Positions 35,908 to 47,900 of a stretch of 64,000 nt of DNA are shown here, in pieces. The translations under genes and the position numbers were made by a program. Below the pieces are notes generated by a model. That model had not been told where the DNA came from and did not search any database. It worked only from the letters and a program-made list of their open reading frames with translations. Position 1 is the first letter of the stretch. Each line of letters starts with the position of its first letter. Origin of the DNA: Stylophora pistillata (Eukaryota); the NCBI RefSeq assembly GCF_002571385.2, contig NW_019217790.1, forward strand, positions 647,819-711,818. The letters are read 5' to 3'.

Positions 35908-38900
35908 CAACAGGTCAAATTAACAGTAATTGATAATTTACTCAGAAGTTATCAACTATTGTGAGAGGGTTTCTTACCTGAGAGCGCTGGACTTGGGAGC
36001 ACAATTTTATCAATTTTCAGGTTAGGAGGGGGAGTGAGTGACACGTGTACCGGGCTGTTACCCAACAATACATCGTTTGCACGATTGATATCGCTTATCT
36101 GTAACAAAAGGAAATTTGATTTATGATCCATTAATATTCATTTCAATACCAATTTGCGTCTTTTATAGAAGGAAGGAACGATTTAAGATAATATTTTGCA
36201 TATCGTTAAATAAGTAAATATTGTTAGTACTTACTCTGTTGTACCTATCCGTTTCAACAAAAACATAAAACACTCCGAACTCGTCAACTTGTAGTTGAAC
36301 TGTTCCCTTTGCAGTATAGCCATCATTTTGAAACAGAATCTCTCTACGTCGGACAGTTGTTGCAAGCCTGAAATAGAAATGTGGAGGTTGTTCTTAGTTT
36401 CAGATAGCGAGATGGGTAACCTTGAGAACGAAAGAATATAACTGCTACGATGACGATAACGAATAGGAGATATATGAAATAAAGGTAACGATGGCATTGG
36501 CCGCGTGGTAATGGTAACGATAATGATATTGATTACCGGCAAGATCACGAAAGTATAAGTTGATCATACGCGATATTACAAAAATGATTTGCCAAGAAAA
36601 ACAGTGAAGTAATACTACTTTCTTGTTTTATTGCAGGTCAAGGGTTTGAAACTCATATCAACAGTTGTCTCTTTTATTAGTCGTTATAATAACTCTGGTT
36701 TCTTTAGACAATTTAATTTAAGAACAACAAAACCAGTATTCAAAACCAACCTTGCATTTCGAAAGTCAGTACTTTTTCCAATGTACACGCTATCATACCA
36801 CGTTGTCAAAGCATTTCCCACCTTACCAATATTTCGGACGATCCACGACACTTCGAACTTCAGACCAGAAAAAGCGTTTGGAGGTGCTATGACCTTCTCT
36901 ACTTTAAAATCCGGAAAAGCCCTGGTTTGGAATCCCCAAATGGGACTGGGAATCAGTGCACCTGAACTCAGAACATATTCAATTCTCCACAGCATCCTAG
37001 TGTCGGCGGGGTAGCCTGGGTAAGAGGGAGTATATCTTCGATAATAGGTCCTGAAATAAGACAATCAAATTGGTCATGAGCTACAGAAATTGGAAAATGA
37101 TTTATGTCTCAGTTTCTTTCGAAACTTTCAGCCCTTGTATCTCAGTTAGTCGAGCTATGGTCGTTGAAAAACTCAGAGGCTCAAAATTTGTTTCTTTTTA
37201 AAAAGAACGATACTGAAAAAATAAATAAATAAATAAAATGGTTTGTTCATTTATCGACATACCGAGAAGTTGGTGATGCAGGCTTTGTAGAGCCGTACCG
37301 CCAAAGGTAGACATTGTACCTAGTAGATCCCGGATACTGAGGCCACTCAAGCGACTCTCTCAGGGCCACATTAACTTGTCCATTTTTAGGATAGTCCGGC
37401 GACTGAAGAGCTAAGATCCGAATCTGTTGGATAACAGATACTTGCCTCCCACAGTCATCTGCAATAGTCCATGTTCTCTTGAAAGTCCTGGCGCATAGAA
37501 TTGTGGGAACAGAATCGACGTACGTTATCGTGATCGGCCGATTGCACGGATGAGTGACATTGATGGCATCGCGCATGTCTTGCTGTTGTTCGTCAAAGCT
37601 TCCGCAAGCAATGGTGACATTGCCTTGATAACTTACTGTCGGTGGCATGAGGTTGATGAGATTGATTCCCTGTATTTTCGAGGCACTGTTGCCTGCTTGA
37701 TCTGTTGCGGTCCATTTTCTTTGAAAGCTGCAGCTACTTCCAGGAAGATCTTGGTATGTTAATGTGATGTTCGATCCTTCGTTGTCGCTGACTGAAGGTT
37801 TGCCAAGGACTGATGGACTGAGATCTGATTTGCAATCCACTGTTTGAGAAGCCATGTTTGAGATAACTGGTGGTTGTAAATCTATTTGTGAAGGTTGAGA
37901 TGAAAGGAATGAAAAAACGATGAAACCCGGAGGGGCCAAAACGTCAAGTGGATCAAATTATGGATTGTCACTAGGATCTCTACCGAACTATGTCAGTGAT
38001 GCAGTTTTAAGATATACAGTAAATTGTGCTGCGAAAGAGACGACTGTTATTAGATTAAGATAATTTTAATTATTTTGTAAATGCGTAGCAGGAGGAATTT
38101 GACTTTAAACGTTTTTCTTAAGTCACAATGCTTTCAGATAATTTTTATACTACATCTTACTTTTCCATCAACATCCTCTCTAGTCCCCTCATCTTCCCCC
38201 CTCCTACCCCGCTAATTTCGTTGTCACCAACTAACGTAGAAACGTTTTTTTTTTTTACTCTGAGAGGATTAACTCACCAACTGTCCACGTATAATTAGCC
38301 GGATTCCCCTGGTTCCCGACGTCATCTGTTCCTCGTACGTAAAAAATATAGGTCTGTCCGTTCTGTAGATTGCTGGCCGTGTATCTGTAGTTGTTGCACT
38401 GTGAATAAGCGAGACTAATACCTTGTTGACGTGCAGAACATTCAAACGTACAGGTTTCTTTACAGTTAAAGCCGAAAGTAAATGGATTTTGATTGCTAAG
38501 AGACGCAGGCTTTGAAGTTATGACAACTGTTGGTGGTGTGCGGTCTGAAAAATAAAATTAAGAAAAAACAGCAAAGAATAAGAAGAAAGCATTGAATTTT
38601 CAATTCATGCATCGATCTTGAATTCCGGATTGAGATTTCTACTTTTGTTTCTTGTTGTGCGAGTCGCATAAGTTACTTTGAAATATTAATCTGTATCACA
38701 TTCTCTTAGAGATCTCTCAATCATGAGGTTGCTTCACTGGTTTTGAACACAGTTATGACATTCAAAAAATAATAACAGACCTTCCATAATCAAATCACTT
38801 GGCTGCCATAACTATTACTTCAGCATCTTATTCAGGTTTTTTGTTTCTCCATTTCAATAGAATTAACAAAAGTTTCAACATATCTACTAACCTTGAGTTT

Positions 38901-41900
38901 TCCTCCAATTCCGTTTGGTGGACATACATTATTTCAGTATCCTATTCAAGTTTTAATCTCCATTTCGTTATTTTTAATAACACGAGTCTCCATTCTCGAC
39001 ATACCTACAAACCATGAGTGTCTGGCAGGCGGCGCCGAGTTTCCTGCCAAATCCGTTAACTGAACATAAATGCTATAGAAGCCTTCGGCTAGATTGCTTC
39101 CAGTCCACGACCAATTGCACGGCTGACCTAAGATCTGGGAAGGAGTTTGCACCGTGCATTGAGCTGTAACATTTTCGTTTGCTGTCCAAGTGATTTGGAA
39201 GTCGCCTCCAGAACGAGATGGAGTATTGATAAATGTTAAGACTGGTGGCGTGATATCCTCTGTTGAAAAAAAAAAGTATAAAGTTGCTGCTGATGATGAT
39301 ATTGCAATCATTATAAGAAATATCAGTAATAATAACGTACTTATTTTTATCCTCCAGGTGTAAGGATCTGTGATCGCANNNNNNNNNNNNNNNNNNNNNN
39401 NNNNNNNNNNNNNNNNNNNNNNNNNNNNNNNNNNNNNNNNNNNNNNNNNNNNNNNNNNNNNNNNNNNNNNNNNNNNNNNNNNNNNNNNNNNNNNNNNNNN
39501 NNNNNNNNNNNNNNNNNNNNNNNNNNNNNNNNNNNNNNNNNNNNNNNNNNNNNNNNNNNNNNNNNNNNNNNNNNNNNNNNNNNNNNNNNNNNNNNNNNNN
39601 NNNNNNNNNNNNNNNNNNNNNNNNNNNNNNNNNNNNNNNNNNNNNNNNNNNNNNNNNNNNNNNNNNNNNNNNNNNNNNNNNNNNNNNNNNNNNNNNNNNN
39701 NNNNNNNNNNNNNNNNNNNNNNNNNNNNNNNNNNNNNNNNNNNNNNNNNNNNNNNNNNNNNNNNNNNNNNNNNNNNNNNNNNNNNNNNNNNNNNNNNNNN
39801 NNNNNNNNNNNNNNNNNNNNNNNNNNNNNNNNNNNNNNNNNNNNNNNNNNNNNNNNNNNNNNNNNNNNNNNNNNNNNNNNNNNNNNNNNNNNNNNNNNNN
39901 NNNNNNNNNNNNNNNNNNNNNNNNNNNNNNNNNNNNNNNNNNNNNNNNNNNNNNNNNNNNNNNNNNNNNNNNNNNNNNNNNNNNNNNNNNNNNNNNNNNN
40001 NNNNNNNNNNNNNNNNNNNNNNNNNNNNNNNNNNNNNNNNNNNNNNNNNNNNNNNNNNNNNNNNNNNNNNNNNNNNNNNNNNNNNNNNNNNNNNNNNNNN
40101 NNNNNNNNNNNNNNNNNNNNNNNNNNNNNNNNNNNNNNNNNNNNNNNNNNNNNNNNNNNNNNNNNNNNNNNNNNNNNNNNNNNNNNNNNNNNNNNNNNNN
40201 NNNNNNNNNNNNNNCCACGCAAACTGCAGTGGAACCATTTTCCCCGTGAAAAAAGTAATTTCGAAGCCTGGGCTGTAGCCAGATTTCAGGACAAGACGAG
40301 GCAAGTTTCGAGCGCCGAAGGCGCAAGCCGCTAGAGGGGTGTGGGGGTATGCCCCCCCCCCAGAAAACTTCGAAATCTAGAGGTTAGAAATGCTCTTTTA
40401 AGGATTTTCCGTGGCATTTTTCTTCAGAAAAGTAAATCTTTAAGAAAAAAATGAAAAAAGGCCAAAATTAAGACGAGGCAATTGCCTCGTTTTGCCTCGT
40501 GCTAGCTACGGCCCTGTTCGAAGCCAGTCTCAGTGTCACGAAATGAATAAAGGACTCGATAGCCTGTTTCAAAAGAAGCGAGGGGTGATGACGGAAATGT
40601 CGGTAGGCCAATTAAGTTAATCGGGTAATTCCAGTAGGCCCATCATGATAATCGGGAAATTCAATTTGGCCGATCAGGTTAAACGGGAAATTCCAATAGG
40701 CCAATGAGATTAATCGGGAAATTCAAGTACGCTACGCAGGTTGTTCGGGAAATTCCAGCAGGCCAATCAGGTTAATCAAGCTCACTGAATTAGAACTTAA
40801 GAGACCTGGACTTTCAAAACTGCTTTACTCCTAGTCACATAGATGAAATAAGATGACTTTTACCTCCAACAAGTAGATTGACGCATCTCTGTTCAGTTGT
40901 TCCCCTAGACACAACATTGAAATACAATTGATTTCTAACATTCTACAAGTCACTTAAAATTGCTTGACTTTTCTTCTTGTAAGTATACAAGGAATGTGTA
41001 AACAACAGTATGGAAAACTTGCATTCTGGTGCTAGGGGGTAAAGGGTGAAATCTTGTGTCTTTCTTTTAATAATATGTACACTGTTTTCTGTTTAACTCT
41101 AAATACAAAACAAATAGACCAATTATATGAATACCCAGAATCCTCCAATCCTGTGAAACAAAATAGTTTGGTCTCTATCTCTGATGACTTCGGTGTCCAG
41201 GTAACATTAACGTAGTATTCCTGTGGTGCATACTGAGCCACAGGAGACTTGATGAATCCCTGAGGACTGTTAGTAGTGACTTCCACAATTCTGGAGAAAG
41301 GGATGAGAAGTTTGTAAGAAAACTTTCAGGTAAGTTGACAATTAAGAATCAGCCAACGCCCTAAACAAAGCCGCAAAGGCCATTACCTAAGGCCAAGAAA
41401 AAGCTACACTTTTTTTTTCTTCTCACGTAATGTAATAATGTATTTCCTGAAATAAGGACCCGGGCGCTTATTTAAAACTTTTGTTTAAAAGAAAGCACCT
41501 ATTGGAAGTCGAGCACTTAATCAAGGGGGGCGCTGATCGAGAAACTATTAACCTGTACTGGCTCCGCTGTAGTTGAAGTTTAAAAAGTTATGAAGGAAGT
41601 GGCGATAGAAACAGGTTTTTCTTCTTTCAGTACTATTGAAGAAAGTGAGAGTGAGAAGGGGAGGTGGCGCTTGTTTGATACAATGGCTTAGGGGGTGGGG
41701 GCTTATCAGAACGTGGGCGCTTATTTGAAGAAGTATAGTGCAACAATCATAGCGGGGAAAATTATTGAGGTGATACTACAAAGTAAGGATCGAAATCGAG
41801 TGCTCTCTGAGCCGCGTTCCGGCTTTCTGATGTATTACCACAGTTAAGTATAGTCATGTGGTCATTGCATCTTGTCCCCGAACAATTAAGTTCAGAATCT

Positions 41901-44900
41901 TTCACTGATTGAAATGACGGATTGAATTTTTTGATTGAATAAGACTCTATGGGTGTATAGAGCCTTAACATAAATTGCATTTACTCACAAATACATCTTA
42001 GCTCTGCTTCCACGATCGTTGCACATAATTCATAAACAAATGAACTGCACCTTTTTGACAGTCCACCGGCTCGCACGATGATGCGATCAAAGTATGTTCC
42101 CCCAGGTGGGATGCCAATGCACGATCCCTCGGCTCGCGTGTATTCTGGGAACTCCGGGCGTTCATCACACGGTTCATTCGAGTTGAACACGTACACCAAG
42201 AACTGCAATGGGATACTACTCAATGGCTGTGAGTCTGTTGGTGAGGCAAAATCTTCGATCATGGCAGCAACGGCGTAAAAGCCCATGTATTCCGTTGCGC
42301 TGTATGGGATTCTGCACTCGCGCTGTATCGACATAAACAGGAAATGTGTCAAAGGAAAAGGTGCAAAATATAAGAAAGAATGGGTAACCCTATGTTAACC
42401 AAGGGAGAGGCTACATTTTTCAAAGGGCACTGCTTCCCGATATGCGAAAATATCCTTTGTTTTTTGTAACGCCTCGATTTCCAGCTCCATTTTGTGGGAG
42501 ATTATAAATTGTCCTAATGCTATAACTGATACTACTGAGATTGGACACAAGGAGAGGCTTAAAGGCTTAATAAAATGATCACACAAAAGCTTTTTTGAAG
42601 AAGGGATATGATGATGGTTTTTTGGCGTACATGATACATTTGTGCGTTTGGTAACCCGTTTCCTGCACATATTCCACCACACTCTCTATCGTTACTCTTC
42701 GCCCAACGGCATCGCACCTCGTCTTTGTCATCGTCGGACACTTGACAACAAAAATGTAAAATATAGTTTTAGCATTGGAGAAGATGTAAGTAAAAAAACA
42801 ATGATGTTTTGAAAAGTATCATGCATAACAAGATAAGAAATCATAATGAAAACCAAAGTTTCCCAAAACGAACAAAAAAGGGATGGCTATAGAAAAAAAA
42901 AAAGAGGAAAATCGAGAACAAGAAAAACAAGAGAAGAAGATGAAAAAGAACAAAGATAGAATGACAAAACAACATCAAGGTAAAAAAGAGGGGAGTTGTG
43001 ACTGGGGTAAGAAAACTTGTTGAACTTGCATTTGAGATTCTCTGAGGTATATATACCTGGAATAGCAATAGAATGGTTACAGCCGTATTTTAAACGAACA
43101 ATTGGTGTCATTGTCGCCACTGGCGACGTATTTAAACGTCCAGTGTCATTTCTTCGAGTGAGGTTAACGTACATTCGAACTTCCCATGAAGCCCCTGATG
43201 CATGCACCAAAGCAATCCAGTTCCAACCTGAGTAGCTGCAAAAAAATAATTTTCTATATCTAGATTGCATTTTTGTTTGTAATTTTGGTTCAACTTCGCT
43301 CTGATTGGTCTACATAATTAGCGCTTTCCTACAAACCAGTCAAGTGCATTTATGTTTTCTCGCCCTTCCAGAAGTTTACTTGATTCCTTATTGGCTCCTT
43401 TGATTTTTACCTCTGTTCTGATCGGGTGCTAACGATAATTAATTTGTTTTAGATTCCACGACATTCAATCGGAATGCACTCTGATCAGTATCTGATTCTG
43501 TATTTGGTAAACTCCTGACAATTCGTCCTCCCCCCTCCTCCCTTCCATCAAGCAGCGCCCCTCCCCTCTTTGAACCCCCCCCGTCTTGCACTTCAAGTTT
43601 TTAATAACCGCCTCCCTCACTGATTAATCTGGACCCGGAAAAGCTCCTCAGGTCTCCCCGATAATAAATTTAATGTATAATGATAACAAACCTGACTTCA
43701 TAAAAGCGAGATGGTGTGACTGGAAACGTATATTCAAAGCTGTTAGTGCCAGTTGTCCAGTCCTCATTCACACTGAAATCCGAGCATTTAAAGGTTAGCA
43801 ACCCGACGCGGCCGTAGCAGCCAGATCTGCACATTAAGTAGTCCTTGATCCCGATCAGCTGACCAGAATCTATTGTATTTTGCGTACAGAATGTGGACCC
43901 AGAGTACGATCTTCGCCAACCAATCCGGAATGTTATTATTACCTGAAAATGGAAATAATTGCTACAACATTTGTTTAAAACATGCCTACTGGTTGGCTCA
44001 GTTGGTTTAGCGCCGGAGTGTTCGGGGTTCGTTCAGGGGCGCGGGTACAAGCCCCAGGCCAAAGCAACTTTAGTGTCTTACAAGAACTGGGAAAAATGTT
44101 TTGCATTTGAGATAACATCTACAAATGACCTAGCATTCTGAGAAGTAACGGTGGCCCCCTAAACCCTAAACGGCTGAAAAGTTATTATTTTTTAAGTTAT
44201 GCAAATTAGGACATAAGCCATCCCTTAAAATGCTCCATGGCCCGAGTCATTCCTGGGTAAATTTATGAGAAATCGCCCCTCCCCTACTTATACAAAGAAA
44301 GCTTATCTCCGTTGTTACGTGTTCTTATCAGCATGGAAATCGCTGGGAAGTTTCTCCTCGTGTATGTGTCGTTGATACAAGTAATCAGTACAAAATGCAC
44401 ACATTTTCGAGGCGGATCAATCACGTACAAGCCTTTGAACTCAAGCAAACCCGAAAGCACCACGGTAAGCTGGTTGGGCTCCAAAATGAATTACAATATT
44501 TGTGCAGGGAGTTTCCTCTCAGCAACAAGATATGAAATTACTGTTTTGTTCCTTAAATCCTCACCATCCAGGCTAACTTAAAGGGGGATACAGAAACATT
44601 TCCAGGTCGTAACAAACGGATCGGCCGTTTAGAGCTCTGCGCCTTAGATCGATTGAAGCTCCTTGCCCACTTACACATGTTCAACCACAACTTGAAGTAA
44701 CTATACCAGGAGAAAACATACGTCAAGCACAAGTAAAAGGAAACATTTCGATCCTTGAATTTGTGTTTGCCTTTGTGTTTATGGCTTCGTCGAGCCTGTT
44801 TTCATAATGAAATAAGAGTTGTCCTTCATCAGCTTGTACTTGCGTCGCTAATGAAAACCACTCAGGCTTAACGAAAGCTTAATGACAGTCAAACCAAGTG

Positions 44901-47900
44901 AAGTCTAGATTACCCCTCAAGATTACTCGTCATGGTTCTGAAATAAAATTGTTAAAAAAATAATTCAAAATCTATCTGTCTCCCTTACAAGTGGTAAGTA
45001 TGTTGTTATTTCGGTAATAAAATTTTCTGGTTCACTTCAAAAGAAGATATTGGGCGTGTGATCACACTGAATTATTGCAATGAACAGATATGCTCTTTGT
45101 GTTTCGCTTGCTGTCTGCTACTTCCCCTCCCGGACTACGAGTAGTTCTTCAGTCCATTTCGGCTCAGTCTGTCGCGCGAAAAATCAGTGAAAAACTGTAG
45201 TCTTAAAAACGACTATTGGGTTAAATAATCAAATAATCAATTCATTAATGTAGTGCGTGAGCGGTACGCTTCACTTCGTTTGACTGTAAAAAGTTTTCCT
45301 CCAATATTCGACTGACCATTCAAACACCAACACGGAAATAACCGACCTATATAGAAAAAGAGCGGAAAATAATTGCTCATCGAAAAGATCTGTTTTCAGT
45401 TGGGCTGGCCACCACGTAAAGCTGTCTGTCACATTAACTAAAATAAACAATTTCAGGGCATCTAGTAAATCATGGACTGGATTGGATTAGTAAAACATGG
45501 AATAGTAAAATTAACGCTAAATAGGGCGAGTTAAATTTCATCTTACTTTTAGTAGTATTTTATCGTACTCTTTTACTCACTTTTCAACCAAATTATTTCG
45601 CACAAAATAGACATCACCCGCAGGCGGTTTCAATCGGAAACAACATTCCTTTACCATTGTTTTATGTTCGTGGAAACTGACAGTTGTGAAATGAACTGTG
45701 CTGACAAAAAACCAAAAGCGACAATAACGTGGCGCTTGAGTAACCGTACACGACTACGCAAATAAAACAATGGTAAAGGAATGTTGTTTCGATTGAAACC
45801 GCCTGCGGGTGGGCAAAGATAACATCAGTATTTAAATGAACTGTCTATTTTGTGCGAAACTATTTGGTTGAAAAGTAAGAGTAAAAAAGTAAGATAAAAT
45901 ACTACTAAAAGTAAGATAAAATGTAACTCGCCCTATTTTAGCGTTCATTTTACCAATCCATGTTTTACTAATCCATGTTTTACTAAAACAATCCATATTT
46001 TACTAATCCAATCCATGTTTTACTAATCCAATCCAGTCCATGTTTTACTAGATGCCGAAATAATTTGGTTCAAAAGTAAGACTAGTATCGCAGAGGTCAG
46101 TGGTTCGAGTCCCGTACAGGCCTGATTNCATCACGGAATCCTCAGTTTCTCGTGGAGTTCGCTCCTCTAGTTAAAATGGTCGTTGTCTTTTTGATGAAAT
46201 TGTTTTAGGTTATCTCTCGAAAAATAAAATAGCAATGCTGTTTTTGTCCAAATTTACTTACTGTCTGGCAGAAAGGAGCAAATGTGAACAGATTGCGGAA
46301 TACACAGTTAGATCTGGGAGTTAGACCATGCAATGTGTGAGCACTGTATTTGAAATTTAAAAGAATTTATGTCATTGAATTTCAATTTTTTTATCGTCTT
46401 CTGAAGGCTCAAAAAGTCACTGCAACTCTTTCTTGAGCAAGTGTTTGAGTTCAAAGTCTTTTTCCAAAACTTTTTAAATGAAAAATTGTATGTGTCACAT
46501 CAAAACATTCCTTTCACAACGGACTTGGCAAACATGTAAACCAGTCGAGGGAAATGTAATTATTTGTATATTCGCCTACCATTATTTTAACGCGTATACT
46601 TCTATTTGATTTTTTCTGTTGTCTCCCTAAATAATCACTTTATCCTGTGACAAAGGTGATTGCTTAGGAGATGACAGCCTTTCTTTTTTTATTGAAACTA
46701 ATCACGTGATGAGCAACTAAGTATGTGACGTCATAGTATTAACGTCGGCCGTCGGTGCAATATCACCGATAAAGGCCCGTTCCGCCGAAAATATCGGTAT
46801 TGTATTTTGATTCGAAAAAGTGGTATGTGGTATCGACCCACCATCTCTACAGTTCCCTGACCCCCCACGAAATAAAAACGCGGGAAATCAAGCTGCAAAA
46901 CCTTGCACCGAAATAATTTGCGAGGGTGCCGTTTTGCTCAATAGGAAAAATGACAGTACAATAAACAAAATACAGACTACAACGCCGGGTTCTTAGTGCC
47001 CCATTCTTTACGATAATTGTGTGAGATTTTAGACTTCCTCTGCTGATCATAACTAAATTGCTTTTGTTGTGTATGTTTGGCATTCTTAAGTTCAAAGGAA
47101 GCATGTTTCTACAGAAAAAACGGTAAAAATTCATGTAGGGTCTTAAGAAAAAGGCCATACCTTAACATATGTGAGATAATTAATTGATATTGATTAATTG
47201 AGACTGATGGGGGGATATTCTATTTGGTAGCTGTACAAGGTCTATAAGGATGGAAAGGAAAAAGCAGACAGCAAGCGAAACGCAAAGAGCATATCTCTTC
47301 ATTGCAATATTTCAGTGTGATCACTAGCTCAATATTTGCTTTTGAAGAGCAACCGAAATGTTATCACCGAAATAACAAACATACTTCACCAGGCCACTTG
47401 TAAGGGACCGAAATACATTTTGAATTCTGTGAAGTGAATCACGTCAGGCTCACGAGAACTTTCGAGGAATACGTGTTAGTAACATAGCTGGGCTGCGTGT
47501 TTGTTTGGTTTCCTTTTTGAACATAATGGTGGCATAATCGCCGAGGTTTTTTTTAAAATTTTCGATATCAGAACCATGATGAGGTACATGTTTAAAATAA
47601 GTGTGCTGTAATTGGAAAGTGGTGTAGTCAGATGAAGATACATTATTAGTTAGAAGCTCTAAGCGCATCGATAGGGCACTTTCATAGATAACTACCTCAG
47701 AAGAATAAGGAAATTTCTCTTTCTAAAACCGGGCATTAGCCTCTCCAACTTTGTGTGGCTTTCGTTCTTACTTTGCTTATTACTTGGATAATATTTCACC
47801 TCTGAGCAGTTTCATACTGCTCTCTCCCTCAAAGCTTGCGAGGTGAGAAAAGTTGGTAGTTTCTAGGAAAACTGTTCGGTGTGCTGCCGAATCAAGACTT

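Larger units (their letters stand above)
29433..37050 (-). other. Array of ~9 CARDB-like repeats followed by PPC/IPT-like domains
   Basis: Repeated PD(L/F)xV...V.W.V.N.G......W.D.VYLS...G.Y...V.TD...V.E....NN units (PDFKV, PNLKI, PDLVV, PDLTV, PDFVV, PDLAI, PRLIL, PDLQG, SDLAV). Then DLYVRH...TAYQYD...GKYYVL and VTYENVGDTD. Confidence 0.82.

Noticed and set aside
38946-40326. Long ORFs of 291-452 aa in the ORF track
   Set aside because: They are artefacts of translating through the N gap; only 39259-39005 is a real exon.
40595-40780. CRISPR-like ~30-bp periodicity (also 11850-12330)
   Set aside because: Head-to-tail degenerate units without unique spacers, eukaryotic context and no cas genes.
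46701-46733. Adjacent E-box (ATCACGTGAT) and CRE (TGACGTCA) palindromes
   Set aside because: They lie in repeat-like intronic sequence with no supported TSS, so chance or TE origin cannot be excluded.
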